A stretch of 64,000 bases of DNA from contig MU004183.1 of the NCBI GenBank assembly GCA_010093605.1, positions 2,604,001 through 2,668,000 on the forward strand, in the 5' to 3' direction. Both the position numbers and the translations under genes were made by a program. This DNA comes from Lophium mytilinum. Taxonomy: Eukaryota. The notes beneath the pieces are model-generated. The model made no database searches. It was given only the letters and a program-made list of their open reading frames with translations, and was not told the origin of the DNA. Of this stretch, positions 35,752 to 48,413 are shown one piece after another; position 1 is the stretch's first letter, and the number at the start of each line of letters is the position of its first letter.

Positions 35752-36804
35752 GCTCGACGCTTGCTATGGAAACGGCCGTTCGCAGCAGTCGTGACTCAAA
35801 ACGATAGGTAGGTGGACTCGACGCAATCTCGAGGACAAGTTGAAGCGTAAGTTGGGGAAGGTAATTCGTTGGCGAGCTTCGCATACCCCGCAACTCAGCT
35901 CAGAATTCGGCGCTTATCGGGTTGGAGTCTGAAAGGCTTGAATGCAGGCATTATGCAAGGCCAGTTCTGGCACCAGGGTAGTCGTGTCTTCTGCTCGTCC
36001 TACTAAAGCGAGACGCGAACATAATTTTTGATTCCGTCGAGCTCTCGGCGTTTGGCATCATGTGGTGTCGGAAGGTCAGAACTATCTTGCTGTCCAATCC
36101 TGTCGTGGCCAGTAGCCCTGAAGCTATTCGGATTGCAGAGCATTGCGTTGGGTCTTGCGAAAGTTTCCGTTTTCGAGGATTCGCCGGCTTGAATAGAGTT
36201 TCAGAGGATGTTATAGGGAGATTAGGTTGAAAAGAACAGGTTCTGGATGATGATAACTTGACAAGAGGGAAGTCGGGAAATGACAGACTAAGGCGGCCTG
36301 GGCGGGCATGTCTCGGAACCCGCACCCCACATTCTAGCTGATTCATCAAGGAGCGCCCTATTGTCCGAGGTTCTGGACTCTTTGCTCAAGCCCTCACAAC
36401 GGTGACTAACATTCTGATCTCTTACAAAGGTATTCTCACTCTATGTAATCGTGAAAGTCATATAAGCAGCTAAGTCACGCCATACTCACTGTGCTCCTCT
36501 AGAAGAAACCGCAGCCCCCATCCTAAGAGCACCAATTCTTAGATACGAAGCCACGAAAAAAGTCGTTCGTGATATGAATAGTATCAAGCTTGGGACTTTC
36601 AACTATAAGATCTGGACGCATTCAAAAACTCCACCGCAGGTTCCAAAAGTGCACCTCCAAAATCCGCAGGCATCTACACTTCGAGAAGTGCGAGGAACCT
36701 CGCCAGATATACGACATCATACAGCGCGCCGTTTTCATCGGCAGATTTTCGTTGAACGCAAGTTTGATCGGTCGCATCCCACTGGGCTGAAAGCGTCGCC
36801 CAAT

Positions 36805-37755
36805 ATGGCTCGGAGCGCGTCTACCACAGCTCAGAGTGTCGACGCGCCACTGACCGCGTCGGCCACATTCCTCGTCCTTTCTATCACCGACAACCTCACT
36901 GCAATCAAGACAGTTCGCTCGACTCTCGCAAAGATCAGCGATATTTCGAAGAATGTCGCTATCCGTGATCTCGGGGCCTCTTTCACGTGCACTGTCGGCA
37001 TTGGCAGCAATGTCTGGGATGGCGTCACCGGTCTACCACGTCCAGCAGAGCTTCATCCGTTTCGCGAAGTCAAGGGCGGCGTCCATACTGCTGTGTCAAC
37101 TCCTGGGGACATTCTCTTCCACATCCGCGCAGAGCGACGCGACCTATGCTTTGAGTTTGAGCGGCAGTTGATGGAACTTCTAGGCGACTCTGTTTCTGTG
37201 GTCGACGAAACCATAGGCTTTCGGTACTTTGATCTTCGAGATCTTCTTGGGTTTGTGGACGGAACTGCCAATCCCGTCGGGCCTGCTGTGCCTCCATCAG
37301 TTCTCGTCGCAGAGGAGGATACGCTAGCTATCGGTGGCAGCTACATCGTTATCCAAAAGTACTTACACAACCTCAAAACATGGCGCGCTCTATCTACGGA
37401 GAAGCAAGAGGCCATTATCGGCCGCACCAAGCTGGACAATGTGGAGCTTGACGACGCCGCAGAGGGCCATCAGGCAGCACACAAGACGCTTGCGACAATC
37501 GAAGATGAGAATGGCGACGAGCATAGCATCCTACGCGACAACATGCCTTTTGGCTCGCCTGGGGCGGGTGAGTTCGGAACGTACTTCATTGGATATTCGC
37601 GCCGACTTTGGGTTATCGAGAAAATGCTGGAGCGCATGTTCATTGGGGAGCCACCGGGACTACACGATCGCATACTCGACTTTTCGACAGCTGTAACAGG
37701 GACAGTCTTCTTCGCTCCGTCCGCCAGCCTACTTGCTAGTCTCAATGATGGGTAA
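36805..37755 (+). CDS. Dye-decolorizing (DyP-type) peroxidase, bacterial class B/P-like, intronless
   Basis: TPGDILFHIRA, GFRYFD.RDLLGFVDGTANP (GxxDG), GGSYIVIQKYLH, IIGRTK, proximal AAHK, ILRDNMPFG, GTYFIGYS, DRILDFS..TG..FFAPS. Start taken at ATG 36805 (MARSAS). Confidence 0.93.
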   Translation: MARSASTTAQSVDAPLTASATFLVLSITDNLTAIKTVRSTLAKISDISKNVAIRDLGASFTCTVGIGSNVWDGVTGLPRPAELHPFREVKGGVHTAVSTPGDILFHIRAERRDLCFEFERQLMELLGDSVSVVDETIGFRYFDLRDLLGFVDGTANPVGPAVPPSVLVAEEDTLAIGGSYIVIQKYLHNLKTWRALSTEKQEAIIGRTKLDNVELDDAAEGHQAAHKTLATIEDENGDEHSILRDNMPFGSPGAGEFGTYFIGYSRRLWVIEKMLERMFIGEPPGLHDRILDFSTAVTGTVFFAPSASLLASLNDG

Positions 37756-38357
37756 AGGCATGCTAACCCTCATGTTGGGCAGGTGGGATTGAATTTTGAG
37801 GGTCGATCAGGGACAGTGTCGGGGGACTGAATATTGGTTAATCACTCGATGCTATTTCAATCCTGTATCAAACGTCAAGCCTGAGTCTTCAATCGCTACC
37901 CGCTATAGAACGATTGGGTATACGGAGGTACAGCGCAAGGCGAGATGAGTAGGATCTGGACGTATATTATCGCCTCTCACTGCTCATCACTGCCAGTAGC
38001 ATGGCTTCGCTGGACTCAACTCCGAGAGTGAAAAAAATGCAAAAGCTCCCAGGTAGGCATTCATGATGGGAGGAGATTACAAAGGGTACCACGAAATGCA
38101 AACCTCGGCACATTGGGCATGCAGTCGTCGCATCATGCAGGCGCCACACGGCTGATTCGATAAATGCACAGCCTCACTCTAACCGCCACTATTCTACCTA
38201 GGTAGCGAACCACTCCACCCGCCCTGTTCGTATGAGGCGCAGCACCATAGCCTGCTATACAGCCTCGTTGCATGGGAGCCTATATCAATTCTCGAGTGAG
38301 GCTTTGGGGATCCACTTTGAGATACTGCCGCTTTGACAGGTTCTTTACATTTTCTAG

Positions 38358-40861
38358 ATGGCGGGCGACACAATCTTGGACCCAGATTCATTTCCGTTGA
38401 CAGAGAAGTGCGACTCATACCCAACCTCGAAAAAGCAACTTTATAGTAGCCTGCCAGTACCACTCGGCTCTCACTGTATTCGGCTGCTAGATATAGACCC
38501 TTCGCTGCCGTCCAGCGACGAACCAAGCCCTCTCCACATCCTTGGCCATCTTCGCGTAGTGGACTTACGACAGTCCCCGTCGTTCGCGTCGTTGTCATAT
38601 GTATGGGGCGTGAAATCTGGATTGAGTCACGCTGTCACGCTTCCGTCGCAAGAGTGCAGCATCGAGATCACAGAGAATTGCTACCAGGCTTTATGGCATA
38701 TTCGGAAGCTCTTTGGAGGCGTTTCTATCTGGGTTGATTCTATCTGCATCAATCAAGATGATGAGCAGGAGAAAGAGAGCCAAATATCGCTCATGCAAGA
38801 GATCTACAGTTTGGCGAGGTCCGTGTATGTATGGCTTGGCCAAGGCAACGATGAATCCGACAAGGCCATGGAATACCTGAGGAGGCGAGCCACTCTGGGA
38901 CGACGGTTGCCGCTGACATTTCTGGCTTCAAGCGATCCGGAAAGCAAAAGGCGTGAATATCGCAGGTTTAGACAAGCTGCTTGGAGCGACGTAATAGGTA
39001 AGGATCTCGCACCAATTCTCCGGGCCGTCACCGCGTGAGACCATTGCTGATAGTACTTTCAATTGCAGCCCGAATAACATGGTCTCGGACAAAATTGGAG
39101 GGTATAAGGCTGGACAAGCTCCTCGATCGCGAATGGATCCACCGAACCTGGACGTTCCAAGAGTTCGCTTTGGCCACAAATCTTGTCACCATTTGCGGCG
39201 ACAAGGCAATTTCTTGGGATGAGCTTGCCAGTGCTCTGAGTAGCACATCCAGAGGCTCCGGGCATCGAATCCCAGATCTACTGCCTGTTTCAGATGTCAT
39301 TCTCGATCATTGGCGCTGCATTATCGATATGTGGTTCAACCTACCTCGTCCGCGGCAGATTCAAGGCAGCTGGAAAGACTGCGGGTCACCGGATCAGACA
39401 TCTTTCAGAAAGAGTTTGCTTACTCTATGGGAAGAGGGCGACCTGCCCCGGGGACTGCGATTGCTCTATGCCATCATAAATGCAATACTTCAGGTCATCA
39501 TCTGGGCTGTGTGGGGTTTCATCTCATATCATATAATGCTCAGCGCAACGAAGAGCATCTCGCAGTCATATCCCTCCAAAGATAAAGATTACGTAGGCGG
39601 GCGTGCTCTCCTATGGTTCTACGTGGTCATGGGCTGGCTGATTGCTACCTGGATAGTGGGCGCGATAGCTCATGGACTGCATCAACGATGGCATTTCCTC
39701 ACGCATGGATGGAAGCAAGGATGGTTACTGAATGATCGCATGAAGTCTGAAGAGTACAGAGTGCTGGATGCTGTCCGGGCTGCATTAAGAGAAAGAAAGA
39801 GTTCAGACCCACGAGACAAGTCTTACGCCTTGTACGGGATTCTCAAAGCTCATGGTGCATGTCCGTCAGTGCCGGATTACTCCTTTTCCGTCGGAAAAGT
39901 CTATCAAAACCTTGTGCAGGATCTTCTTTCCTGGAAGCCGGTTGCCCTAGCCGTCATTATGGATGCAAGTTCTAGGGGTAGATCAGGATTCGATGGACCT
40001 ACTTGGGTACCGAATTGGCAAACCTCAGTACCAAGCGCATGGTTGACGTCTCGGCATCAACTTGGAGGGGCGGAGACTTGTACACCGCTCCATAGAGAAC
40101 CATCTTTTGGCATCTCAGGTGCTCAGCTTCACCTTCAAGGGATCTGCCAAGGCACCGTCACCTATCAAATCAACATGCATTCCACAGCTTGCGACGGGAG
40201 TGGTGGGTGCATGAGAGGAGTGCTGTATAGCCTCTTGCTTCTGATGGCGCATGTTCAAGAGCATGTACTGACCAAGAAGCCTAATGATGTTCCACTCAGC
40301 TCGCTGTTCGCAATTTTGGATGGCATCAGCCCAAGACGAGGACCTACCGGAAAATGGATCGAAGGTAGTCCTGGAGCCTGGCCCCACACCGCCCCGACCC
40401 GGGATCGATGGGAGGAATTCCCCATCGTGCAGGGACCGTACGACTTCAGGTCGCGGAAGCCGGCTTTTGATAGTTGGACCTCATTGCACGACATGCTTAA
40501 GACGTACGTTCCGTCTATGGGATCGCCAGGTTTCACCGTTCCGCAATCCGTTCCCGAGGACACCCTGAATAAACTCAAAGCAAACTATGCAGCCTACAAC
40601 TACTTAATTCGGCTGCACAACCGCATTCCGAAGGACAAGAGATGTCTTTTTGTTCTTTCCTCAGGATTAATGGGCTCCGGCCCACTTGAGATGGAGCAGG
40701 GCGATGAAGTTTACCTCTTGGCCGGCGTACCTGTGCCAATGGCTCTGCGGAGGAACTCGGGAAGCGGCGCAACGAGTGTGGTAGGAGCCGCTTTGGTTCA
40801 TGGGCTAATGCATGGCGAGAGTTTTGTCGAGAAGGAAACGAATGATGTGGTCCTGATCTAA
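38358..40861 (+). CDS. HET-domain (heterokaryon incompatibility, HET-6-like) protein with an internal TM hairpin
   Basis: IRLLDI, ASLSYVWG, ITENCYQAL, WVDSICINQDDEQEKESQISLMQEIYSLARSVYVWLG, WIHRTWTFQE, SSDPRDKSYALYGIL, PDY, PTWVPNW, C-terminal GDEVYLLAG..P..LR..VG..LVHGLMHGE. Intron 38998-39068. Confidence 0.92.
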
Positions 40862-41959
40862 CCTTTGTCTAGCCATGCTACAGAATCACCAAAAAGGAAG
40901 TTCCGCTGGTCTCGCGTCAAGGTGTGGATTCCGACAGTGCACCGGTCGCTAAATACGCCTAAATCTTGCCCTATATTGCCCCGAGAAGATGAGGAGGGCG
41001 CCAAGGATCAGGCTTGCGGAGTTGCCTAAAGGTGGGAGCATAAGTCGGGGTGTTAGGCAGGCTGCGAGCGTGAGCTAGGCGACCGCGACTGGGAGTGGGG
41101 CGCCGGAGCCGAGGAAGGAGAGTAGGGGATGTCGGTTGAGGTGGGGAAAGGATGCTGGGAGGAAAGGGAAAAAGTGAGAGATGGGGGAGGGATAGGAAAT
41201 ATTGGGGTGGTGACATGGGTTTTAACGCACGCATGAGAGGCATATGTGGGAGAAAGTGGGAGGACGATGGCATCCCTGGAGAAGATGTCTGGGTTTTGTA
41301 CATCAGCGCATTGCATCCAGGGCAGTTTATTGGATTGAAGGGATCATAATCGTAGCGTGTCATTTCGGGTATACAAGTCAGAATATATGAGAATCGAAGA
41401 ATCTGTGAGGCGGCTGTCGTTGATAAAGGGATGTAGTCATAGAGTCTAGGAAAGATTTGGGTTGTCCAGTGTGATCATGACAGATTCTAGATGCTCGTTG
41501 TGAGACTGTCGTCGATATAAGAAAGGAGGCACGGTGGATCGCTAGATGTCACGTGAACAGATCAACCCGCATCCGTTTTAGCACGCCCGAACCAATTTTC
41601 CTGTCCTCCTACTAGTCCACATTTTACAGCAGTGGAATTACGGCTAGCCCTTTCTTGTCCTTTTGGATGTTTTCCGCTGCGCTCTAGGATCAAGCAGAGA
41701 GTGGCGCAGCAATCTACCTTGCCTTATTCTACTTGAGGACTAGACTTGGGAGACCATGTCAGCGATCGTAAATAGGTTGCCAAGTATAAAGCAAGCCCCG
41801 TCTACTACTCTACCAGCACTGCTCTACCAACTCAAAAGTCGTTTCTGTGTTTCTTTCTCTTTGCTGGTCAAATCGCTTTTTCTATTTGACTGAAAATTCC
41901 CTGCGACGGACGAGTCCACTCCCGATCCCGCACCCAACTCCCCTCCACCTTTCCCGATC

Positions 41960-43431
41960 ATGTCTCCATCCGCTTCATACAAACCCGGCGACACGGCCCT
42001 CATCCTAGGCGCCACCGAGGGCATGTCCTCCTTCGTGTCCTCCCTTCTCAAAGACCCTGCTAGCCTCCACGCCATCAGCACAATCTCAATTGAAAACCCC
42101 GACAGAACTGGCGAGACTGGCGACGAGGAAGAAGCGCGTCTCGGCCGTCCCCAAGAAGAGTTCGATGCCGATATGGCCGAGTTCAGCAGATCACTCATCG
42201 CGCTTCTTGACGCTATCCATCAGGGCGGGAAGCTGAAGGCATTTAAGTGGACAGGCGAAACGCTGGGTGCGAAGACTAGGCGCCCGGTGGAGTTTTGGCC
42301 AGCGCTATGGAAGCATGCCAACACCCTCGAGAAACTAGAACTAGATTTCTGCGTACGCGAGGTTGAGAACTTCGTGCGTCCCTCCTATCCCCCTCCCATA
42401 CCACCCCAGCTAACCCCCCTAAGATCCCTCCCAGCACCCCCATCCCCCTCCTCACTACCCTGCGACTTGACGTCGGCTCCGCCCATGGCGACAACGGCAG
42501 CACCCTAAACCCCCTTCTAGCTGCCTGCCCGGCTGTCAAAAACCTAACCCTCAGCCTCCCCACCTGCGACCTCGAAGGCTGCCGTATCCAGAAGCTCGAC
42601 TGGGCCTGGACATATCCCGCGCTGACCACTCTCAGCCTCTCCGTCTTCAGTGAGCCCTTCGCACCCGTTACTGCGTTCCTCGCTCGTCATCCGGGGATTG
42701 CTACGCTGACATGGGGTGCGGACACCGACTGGAACGAGACGACGGAGGCGGACGCGCTCCCCTCCACCATCCTCCCAAATCTGACCGCGCTAAATGTCAA
42801 CTCTCGCCCCAGCGGCCTAGACGCGCTGCTGTCCGAAGAGGCGGGGCGAAACATCACACACTTCCGCGACGCCTACTTCGGGCCCTCCGCCGAGATCTTC
42901 AAGATCGCAGCGGCCTTGCGCTGCCTCGAGCTGCAGCCGCACTGCCGGTCCTGGCGGCCGGAGGACCCGCTCGACTCCGATGACTCTGACGAGCCTGAGG
43001 ATCCTGGCGAGCGCGCGCCGGGTAGGCTCGCGGCGCTGCTGCCAAAGCTGCCGGAGTTGCAGGAGTTGGCGGTGGAGTTTGACACGGGGGCCGCGTTTTA
43101 TCGGTGGGGTCCAGAGAATGCTTTTCAGAATGCGCCTGCGATGGATGCGAGGGACTTGGAGAGTGTAATTGAGATCCTGCCGGCGGAGTCGAAGCTGAGG
43201 GTGCTTAGGGTTGTGGATGATAGGGCGGAGGAGCTGGGGGTGGGCGAGGTGGATTTTCGGGGCGTGCCGGTAGGATTGGAATATATCAAGTGGGAAGGGA
43301 AGAGGAGGGTCTTGTATAAGCTCGAAAGGGAAGAAGGGGGCGTGAGGCTGGTTGAGTGTCAGGAGGGGCTGAGGGTTGTGGGGACAGAGGAGAAGGGGGG
43401 GTGGACGGAGGGGAGGGTTTTAGTGTTTTGA
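41960..43431 (+). CDS. Hypothetical RNI-like/leucine-rich-repeat protein (2 exons)
   Basis: Intron 42374-42423 (GTGCGT..GCTAAC..AAG) joins the ORFs in frame. Repeated LxxLxL units: LEKLELD, LTTLRLD, VKNLTLS, LTTLSLS, LPNLTALNV, LPELQELAV, LRVLRV. Confidence 0.7.
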
Positions 43432-44359
43432 GGTGACAGATGGCTCGGGAGGCATGTGAAGTTGTTGGGATATCTATAGACTCGTTCGATGGTTTCATGG
43501 CGAGTCGTACAGGCTGAACGGCGTCTCGTAGCGCCTGAGGTAGATCGTGGACGCGCTGCTCTCATCTTTCCATTTCCCTAGCAGTGCAGTCTGCAGGGCA
43601 CGCTGCGCACCAAAAAGGTGGCACACTCAGCAGGCATTATGCTTTATAAACGCCTGTCTGCGGCTGCTTGTGGTGCTTCAATATTCCTAAGAATGTAAAA
43701 GAGATAGAACCTCTTAGCTTCCGGCTATGTGGAAAACTTATTGAAGCACTCCAGGCAGTGGCTGAGCGGTGTACACACAAGTGCACACGAGAGAGTGCTC
43801 GCGGTGGCACCATTGAAGACGGGCTTGACCATGCGTGTGCCGGTGATTAGGATAGGAGTCCTTCATAATGAGGAGTTCACGATGCCGGGGGGCAGGGCTG
43901 TAGATCTCCAGGCCCCGCCGCTCCGCCTTCTCCGCCCCGCCCTCTTCTTCGCCATCGCGAGCTCTCCTCCTCAAACCCCACTGAAGCAAGCCAAAATTCT
44001 ACGGAATGCTGGCGCTCAATGATTCGCGTTTCGGCGAGCCGCGTCTCTGAGTTCCCATGCCAATTCGTCGTCTCTCTCACCACCAGCGCAAGACCATGGT
44101 ACAAAACATTGAGGTACGGGAAGGACCTTCTAACGCCGACACGTAGATCATGCGCTCCAGTAAGTCTAGATAGGCCACTACGGACTCGATTCGCCAAAAT
44201 CTCCTATGGACCACCGTCTTCTCTCGCTGTCTGCCCGAGACAACCCTCTCCTTCGTGCCCAGGTAGACGACGTTCCTACGCGGCTAACGATAGCATATCT
44301 ATTAACTCCTCCTGCTAAATGGGCACAGCGGAGAGGACGGTGTGCCCCCCGGTTTAGCA

Positions 44360-44654
44360 ACTACGTAATACTAGCTAATTTCCCGCGGAATTACCTAGGG
44401 GGCTAGTACTAGTACCTTCTCTAATTAGTATAAGTATATCCTCTTTTTAGTATATATATACCCTCTATTTTATCTAATTTTTTAATTAGCCTTAAGAAGT
44501 TCTTTAAGGCCTTTAATTAACTTACTTAGCTTATTTATAATTTTTAAATACTTTTACTATCTTAAATAATTTAATAGCGTTTTAGCTACTAATTTTAGAG
44601 GGTTATAATACTATTTTCTAAGGCTAACTTCCGCGAAATCATGCACCCCCTCTG
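44360..44654. mobile_element. Short AT-rich RIP-degraded repeat relic, family not assignable
   Basis: Abrupt TpA-rich, CpA/TpG-depleted ~290 bp inside ~52% GC DNA. The right end ...catgcaccccctctg may be a TIR. Confidence 0.6.
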
Positions 44655-45029
44655 GCCTTGTGTTCAACAGCATGAATGATGACGGTCGGAAAGAAGACCA
44701 CGCCAACCATCGTCAACTTAGCAATCTGAGTGTGGGTAAGACGACATCACTGGGCGCTCCACTGATCGCAATAATGACACCCAACATGCCACTCCCGAGC
44801 GAAACCACCAAAGTCGAGTAAGTAGGGGCTTTCTGTGGCTGGCTATTTGAGTTTTTCAAGTGCAAGACAAACAAAGTCTACTCAAAAGCCGAGTCATAGC
44901 AGCTTCAAGATATACACGCAAGATATTACAAGTAGTTCGAACGCCGTGAATTTGCTGTATCATGCGAGTAAGTGTAATCCGATACATCGGTAGCCCGCGT
45001 GATGCTTGATGTATATCCTGAAATATCAC

Positions 45030-46804
45030 TCACTCCCCCACCTCACGATCATCCTGCCAATGAGCAAACTTCCTCACGAACGACCAGTTCCACGTTGTAC
45101 GTCGAATGCCTTTCCCGAAGAAATACAAAGGAATTGCAAAGAGAATAACAACACTTGCTATGCCGGCCATTGATCCAAATGCTTTGGTATACCCTAAACT
45201 ATCAATCCATGGGTTTGTGTAAAACGAGAGAAGGAAGCCAAATGCCGCTAAATCGATGTTAGATCTGTGACACGCGTCGGAACGCAAAGGCTTGCTTACC
45301 CTTGAATACTAATTGCGACACGGCTACCTCGCCAGCAGCAGGTCTGTAGCAATCGATAGTGTACACCAGGGACACGCTCGTTAGCTGCACAATCGCGAAG
45401 TTCAAACATCCCAGCCCTAATGTTGGCACCATCCAGTGTAGCTGGTTGTTAATACCAACACCGTAAAGGATAAGAGCAACCGGGACAAAGATGCCACCAA
45501 TCACCACTGCCGGAAGCCTCATTTCCGGCTCGCGCAGGCCTCCATTCCGCTTTGTAAACCAATCGGCAGTCCAATCAGAAACGCGGCCGCCGAAAGTTAT
45601 TGCGATGAATGAGCCTATGATGGAGGAAATGAAACAGAGACCAGATTGCCATGGCGCGAAGTTATAAGTTGCAGCAAATGCACTTGCGAAGTTCGAGGTG
45701 ATGGCGACAAGAAATCCTATGGTGACGGACATGACAAGGGACGCCCAAAGGACTGGTGGCAGTAAAACGAGACTGATCGGTCGGAGAAAGATCCTCCACA
45801 AAGGCTCAGAAGTGTATGTGCCTGTGAAAATCCTAAGAGAGCTAAGATAGGATCTGCTGGGAGGTAGCTGTCGGCGGTAGGCATCTGCACTCCCTAGTTC
45901 CAATTCCAGTCTATTCTCGAGATGTGTAGCAGTGTCCGAGAGCTTTTCACCTTCATCGACGACAACACCTACAGGTATAATCTCAATCGACTGCTCCTGG
46001 CCGCGCATGAAGGTGGTTTCGGGGAATGTAAAGATTACCAGGATCGTTGTAAGGCCTGTCAGAGCCGTTCCGACGTAAAAGATATAGCGCCACGACAAAG
46101 TCTTCACAATCAGACCACTGATGACAATCCCGCCGCCAACGCCCATGGAAAGGGCCGCAGTATACATGGCCATGATGGATCCACGTTCGTGCAGAAAGAA
46201 AATATCTGCAATCGTCAAGGGTCCTAGGCATTCCCCAGCGCCGCTAGCCAACCCCATGATGACTCGACCAGCGAGTTCCACTCCGTACGACTTAGTGACA
46301 CCGCACCAGATGGCAGTGGCAGTGTAGATGACGAACGAGATGATGTATACCGGGCGCCGACCGTACTTGGCAATAAACGGCATCCAGAATAGCATGCCCA
46401 TACCCTGGCATAGAGCGGGTACTGTGTAGAGGTAGGCAGTCGTCGCGATGTGAGCTGGCATGTTTGGGCCGGGTGGACCGAAGAAACTTTCTGTCATTGA
46501 CACAATTGCAACGCTAGGACCGGCGGCTAAGAAGTTGGTCATGAACATGGCAAAACACACTAGTACTGCTATGTAGAGGCGGTAGGCCTTGGACCTGTGT
46601 CTTGTCAGTCGGTATTCTGTAAGAGAACCTCCGAAGTTTCGATTAGCGAGGCGGTAGTACGGCATACCAGTTGAGAGGATCATTAGGATTAGACGAGGGC
46701 GTAGGAATTAGGATGATCTCGTTTGTGTCGAGATGTCGCAGCTGGATGCTGCCCAGATTTTGAAGCTTTTTCCGGGCATGACGGTTGATATGATCTTCCT
46801 CCAT
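45030..46804 (-). CDS. MFS transporter (DHA1/fungal MFS_1 type), 3 exons
   Basis: ILIPTPSSNPNDPLNW|, KYGRRPVY, IADIFFLHERG, WRYIFY, FPET, EPEMRL, YTIDCY; multiple TM segments. Confidence 0.9.
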
Positions 46805-47467
46805 CTCATACGGAAGCACAAAGTGGGTATTCAATTTCGAAATCTTTGGGTTACCGATGGTGAAGAGTCTGATCTACTGCAAGACTCGGATGGAGGTTGT
46901 GGAGGTTTTCTATCTCTTCAGGGTCGTGGGCATTACGCTCGTGGAGAAGAGTTATGACTCGTGCCAAAACACTATGCAAGGAGGGCTAGTCCTCGGGATG
47001 TGGTCGGGAGGCCGGCAGTTACTTCGTAGCGACCTCCACTCCGTAGCCCACGACAAGAAGCGCCGAGCACATTCCGGGGCATAGAATGAACATCCGGGAA
47101 ATTTGAAATCTACAGCAAAACCTCAGTATAGTAATACCGGTGTATATTGATATTATCGATACAGTAACATGAGTCGCCAGATTGTATAATTCACCTCCTA
47201 TATTCCTGGCTCTCCGCTTAGTCTGGTAACACTAAACCCCTCTTATACAACATCATACTAATCGGGCATGGTTTTGTATGGGAGAGTGGTCCGTGGCACC
47301 TCAAAAGCCTTTTCTTGGGCTGTTTTGGGCCAGCCTATCTTACGAACTAATAGTACGTGACAGTTTGTATAGTAATATTTTCTATACAGTGATAATACCC
47401 AGTCTCCGACCCGATCACTAAAGAGGTTTTACTGTACCACCCTAATCGTTCTCCACATTTCTCCATG

Positions 47468-47502
47468 TGGGGTACCCCGGAAGATGGGGTACCCCGGAAG
47501 AT
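47468..47502. promoter_or_regulatory. 17-bp perfect direct repeat tggggtaccccggaaga x2 (palindromic GGGGTACCCC core) upstream of the MFS gene
   Basis: Directly visible at 47468-47484 and 47485-47501. The regulatory role is inference. Confidence 0.45.
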
Positions 47503-47651
47503 CTGCGCTTCAAGAGCCGTGTTTACTGCAGCCCGCTTTGAGATACTCTCTCGCCAGCCAATCAAAACCCTATATGTTCAACGTTGACATCCGTGCACTT
47601 TTTTGGTATTTATGGTGGGATGAATTAGATTGATAATATCCAGTACACTAT

Positions 47652-48413
47652 TCAGTCGATCAAAAGCCCGCCATTAGCATGCAAATGGACACCATTGATC
47701 CAGCTTGCACGGTCCTCACACAGTATCGCAACAGCATAAGCAATCTCCTCCGGCTCCGCCATTCTCGAACCGACAGGTGTCTGATTAAGAATCGGCTGGA
47801 GCAATCTCATCGCTTCCTCCCCTGCATCCGCAAAGCCGGCTGTCCGAGTTGGCCCAGGACTCACTGTATTGACAGTACAACCATACTTTGGGGGAAGCTC
47901 CTTCGCCCAGCACCGTGTGAACGAGTCCAGCATTCCTTTGGTGCCCGCGTAGATGGTCTGGCCAGGTGGAGCTCCTCGGCTAGAAGCACTGACAATGTTG
48001 ATAATGCGAGATCCGCGAGATAGTTGTGGAAGTGCGGCTTGTGTGAGAAGAAATGGTCCGCGGCCATTGAGATTAACAAGATGGTCCCAATGGGAAAGGG
48101 TTTGTTCTTCGAGTGGGAGGTTGATAGCCAACGCGGCATTATTCACGAGAATATCGATTTTGCCATACACAGATACTGCGGCGGCGATGAGATGCGCTGG
48201 GCCCGTCGTCGTAGAGATGTCGGCTTCAACAGCGATGCCTGAGGTCGGGAGTGAAGAGACAACTGATTCCGCTTGAGTGACCAGGGAAGGAATTGGATAG
48301 TTGATGACCACGTGAACTCCTCGTGACGAAAGCTCCTTAGCAATTGCGGCGCCGATGCCTGAACACGAACCGGAGATGACCGCCACTTTGCCTGGCATCG
48401 TCTGATGTTGCAT
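47652..48413 (-). CDS. Classical SDR oxidoreductase (FabG-like), intronless
   Basis: GKVAVISGSCSGIG, DILVNNAA, YAGTK, VNTVSPGPT, INGVHLHANGG. Start is either MQHQT or MPGK. Confidence 0.9.
   Translation of the reverse strand: MQHQTMPGKVAVISGSCSGIGAAIAKELSSRGVHVVINYPIPSLVTQAESVVSSLPTSGIAVEADISTTTGPAHLIAAAVSVYGKIDILVNNAALAINLPLEEQTLSHWDHLVNLNGRGPFLLTQAALPQLSRGSRIINIVSASSRGAPPGQTIYAGTKGMLDSFTRCWAKELPPKYGCTVNTVSPGPTRTAGFADAGEEAMRLLQPILNQTPVGSRMAEPEEIAYAVAILCEDRASWINGVHLHANGGLLID

Noticed and set aside
36574..36804. 77-aa N-terminal extension of the DyP ORF
   Set aside because: Not signal-peptide-like or homologous; DyP similarity starts near ATG 36805.
40971..41363. 130-aa ORF with CPGC
   Set aside because: Low complexity and no recognisable family; may be a small spliced gene but is unsupported.
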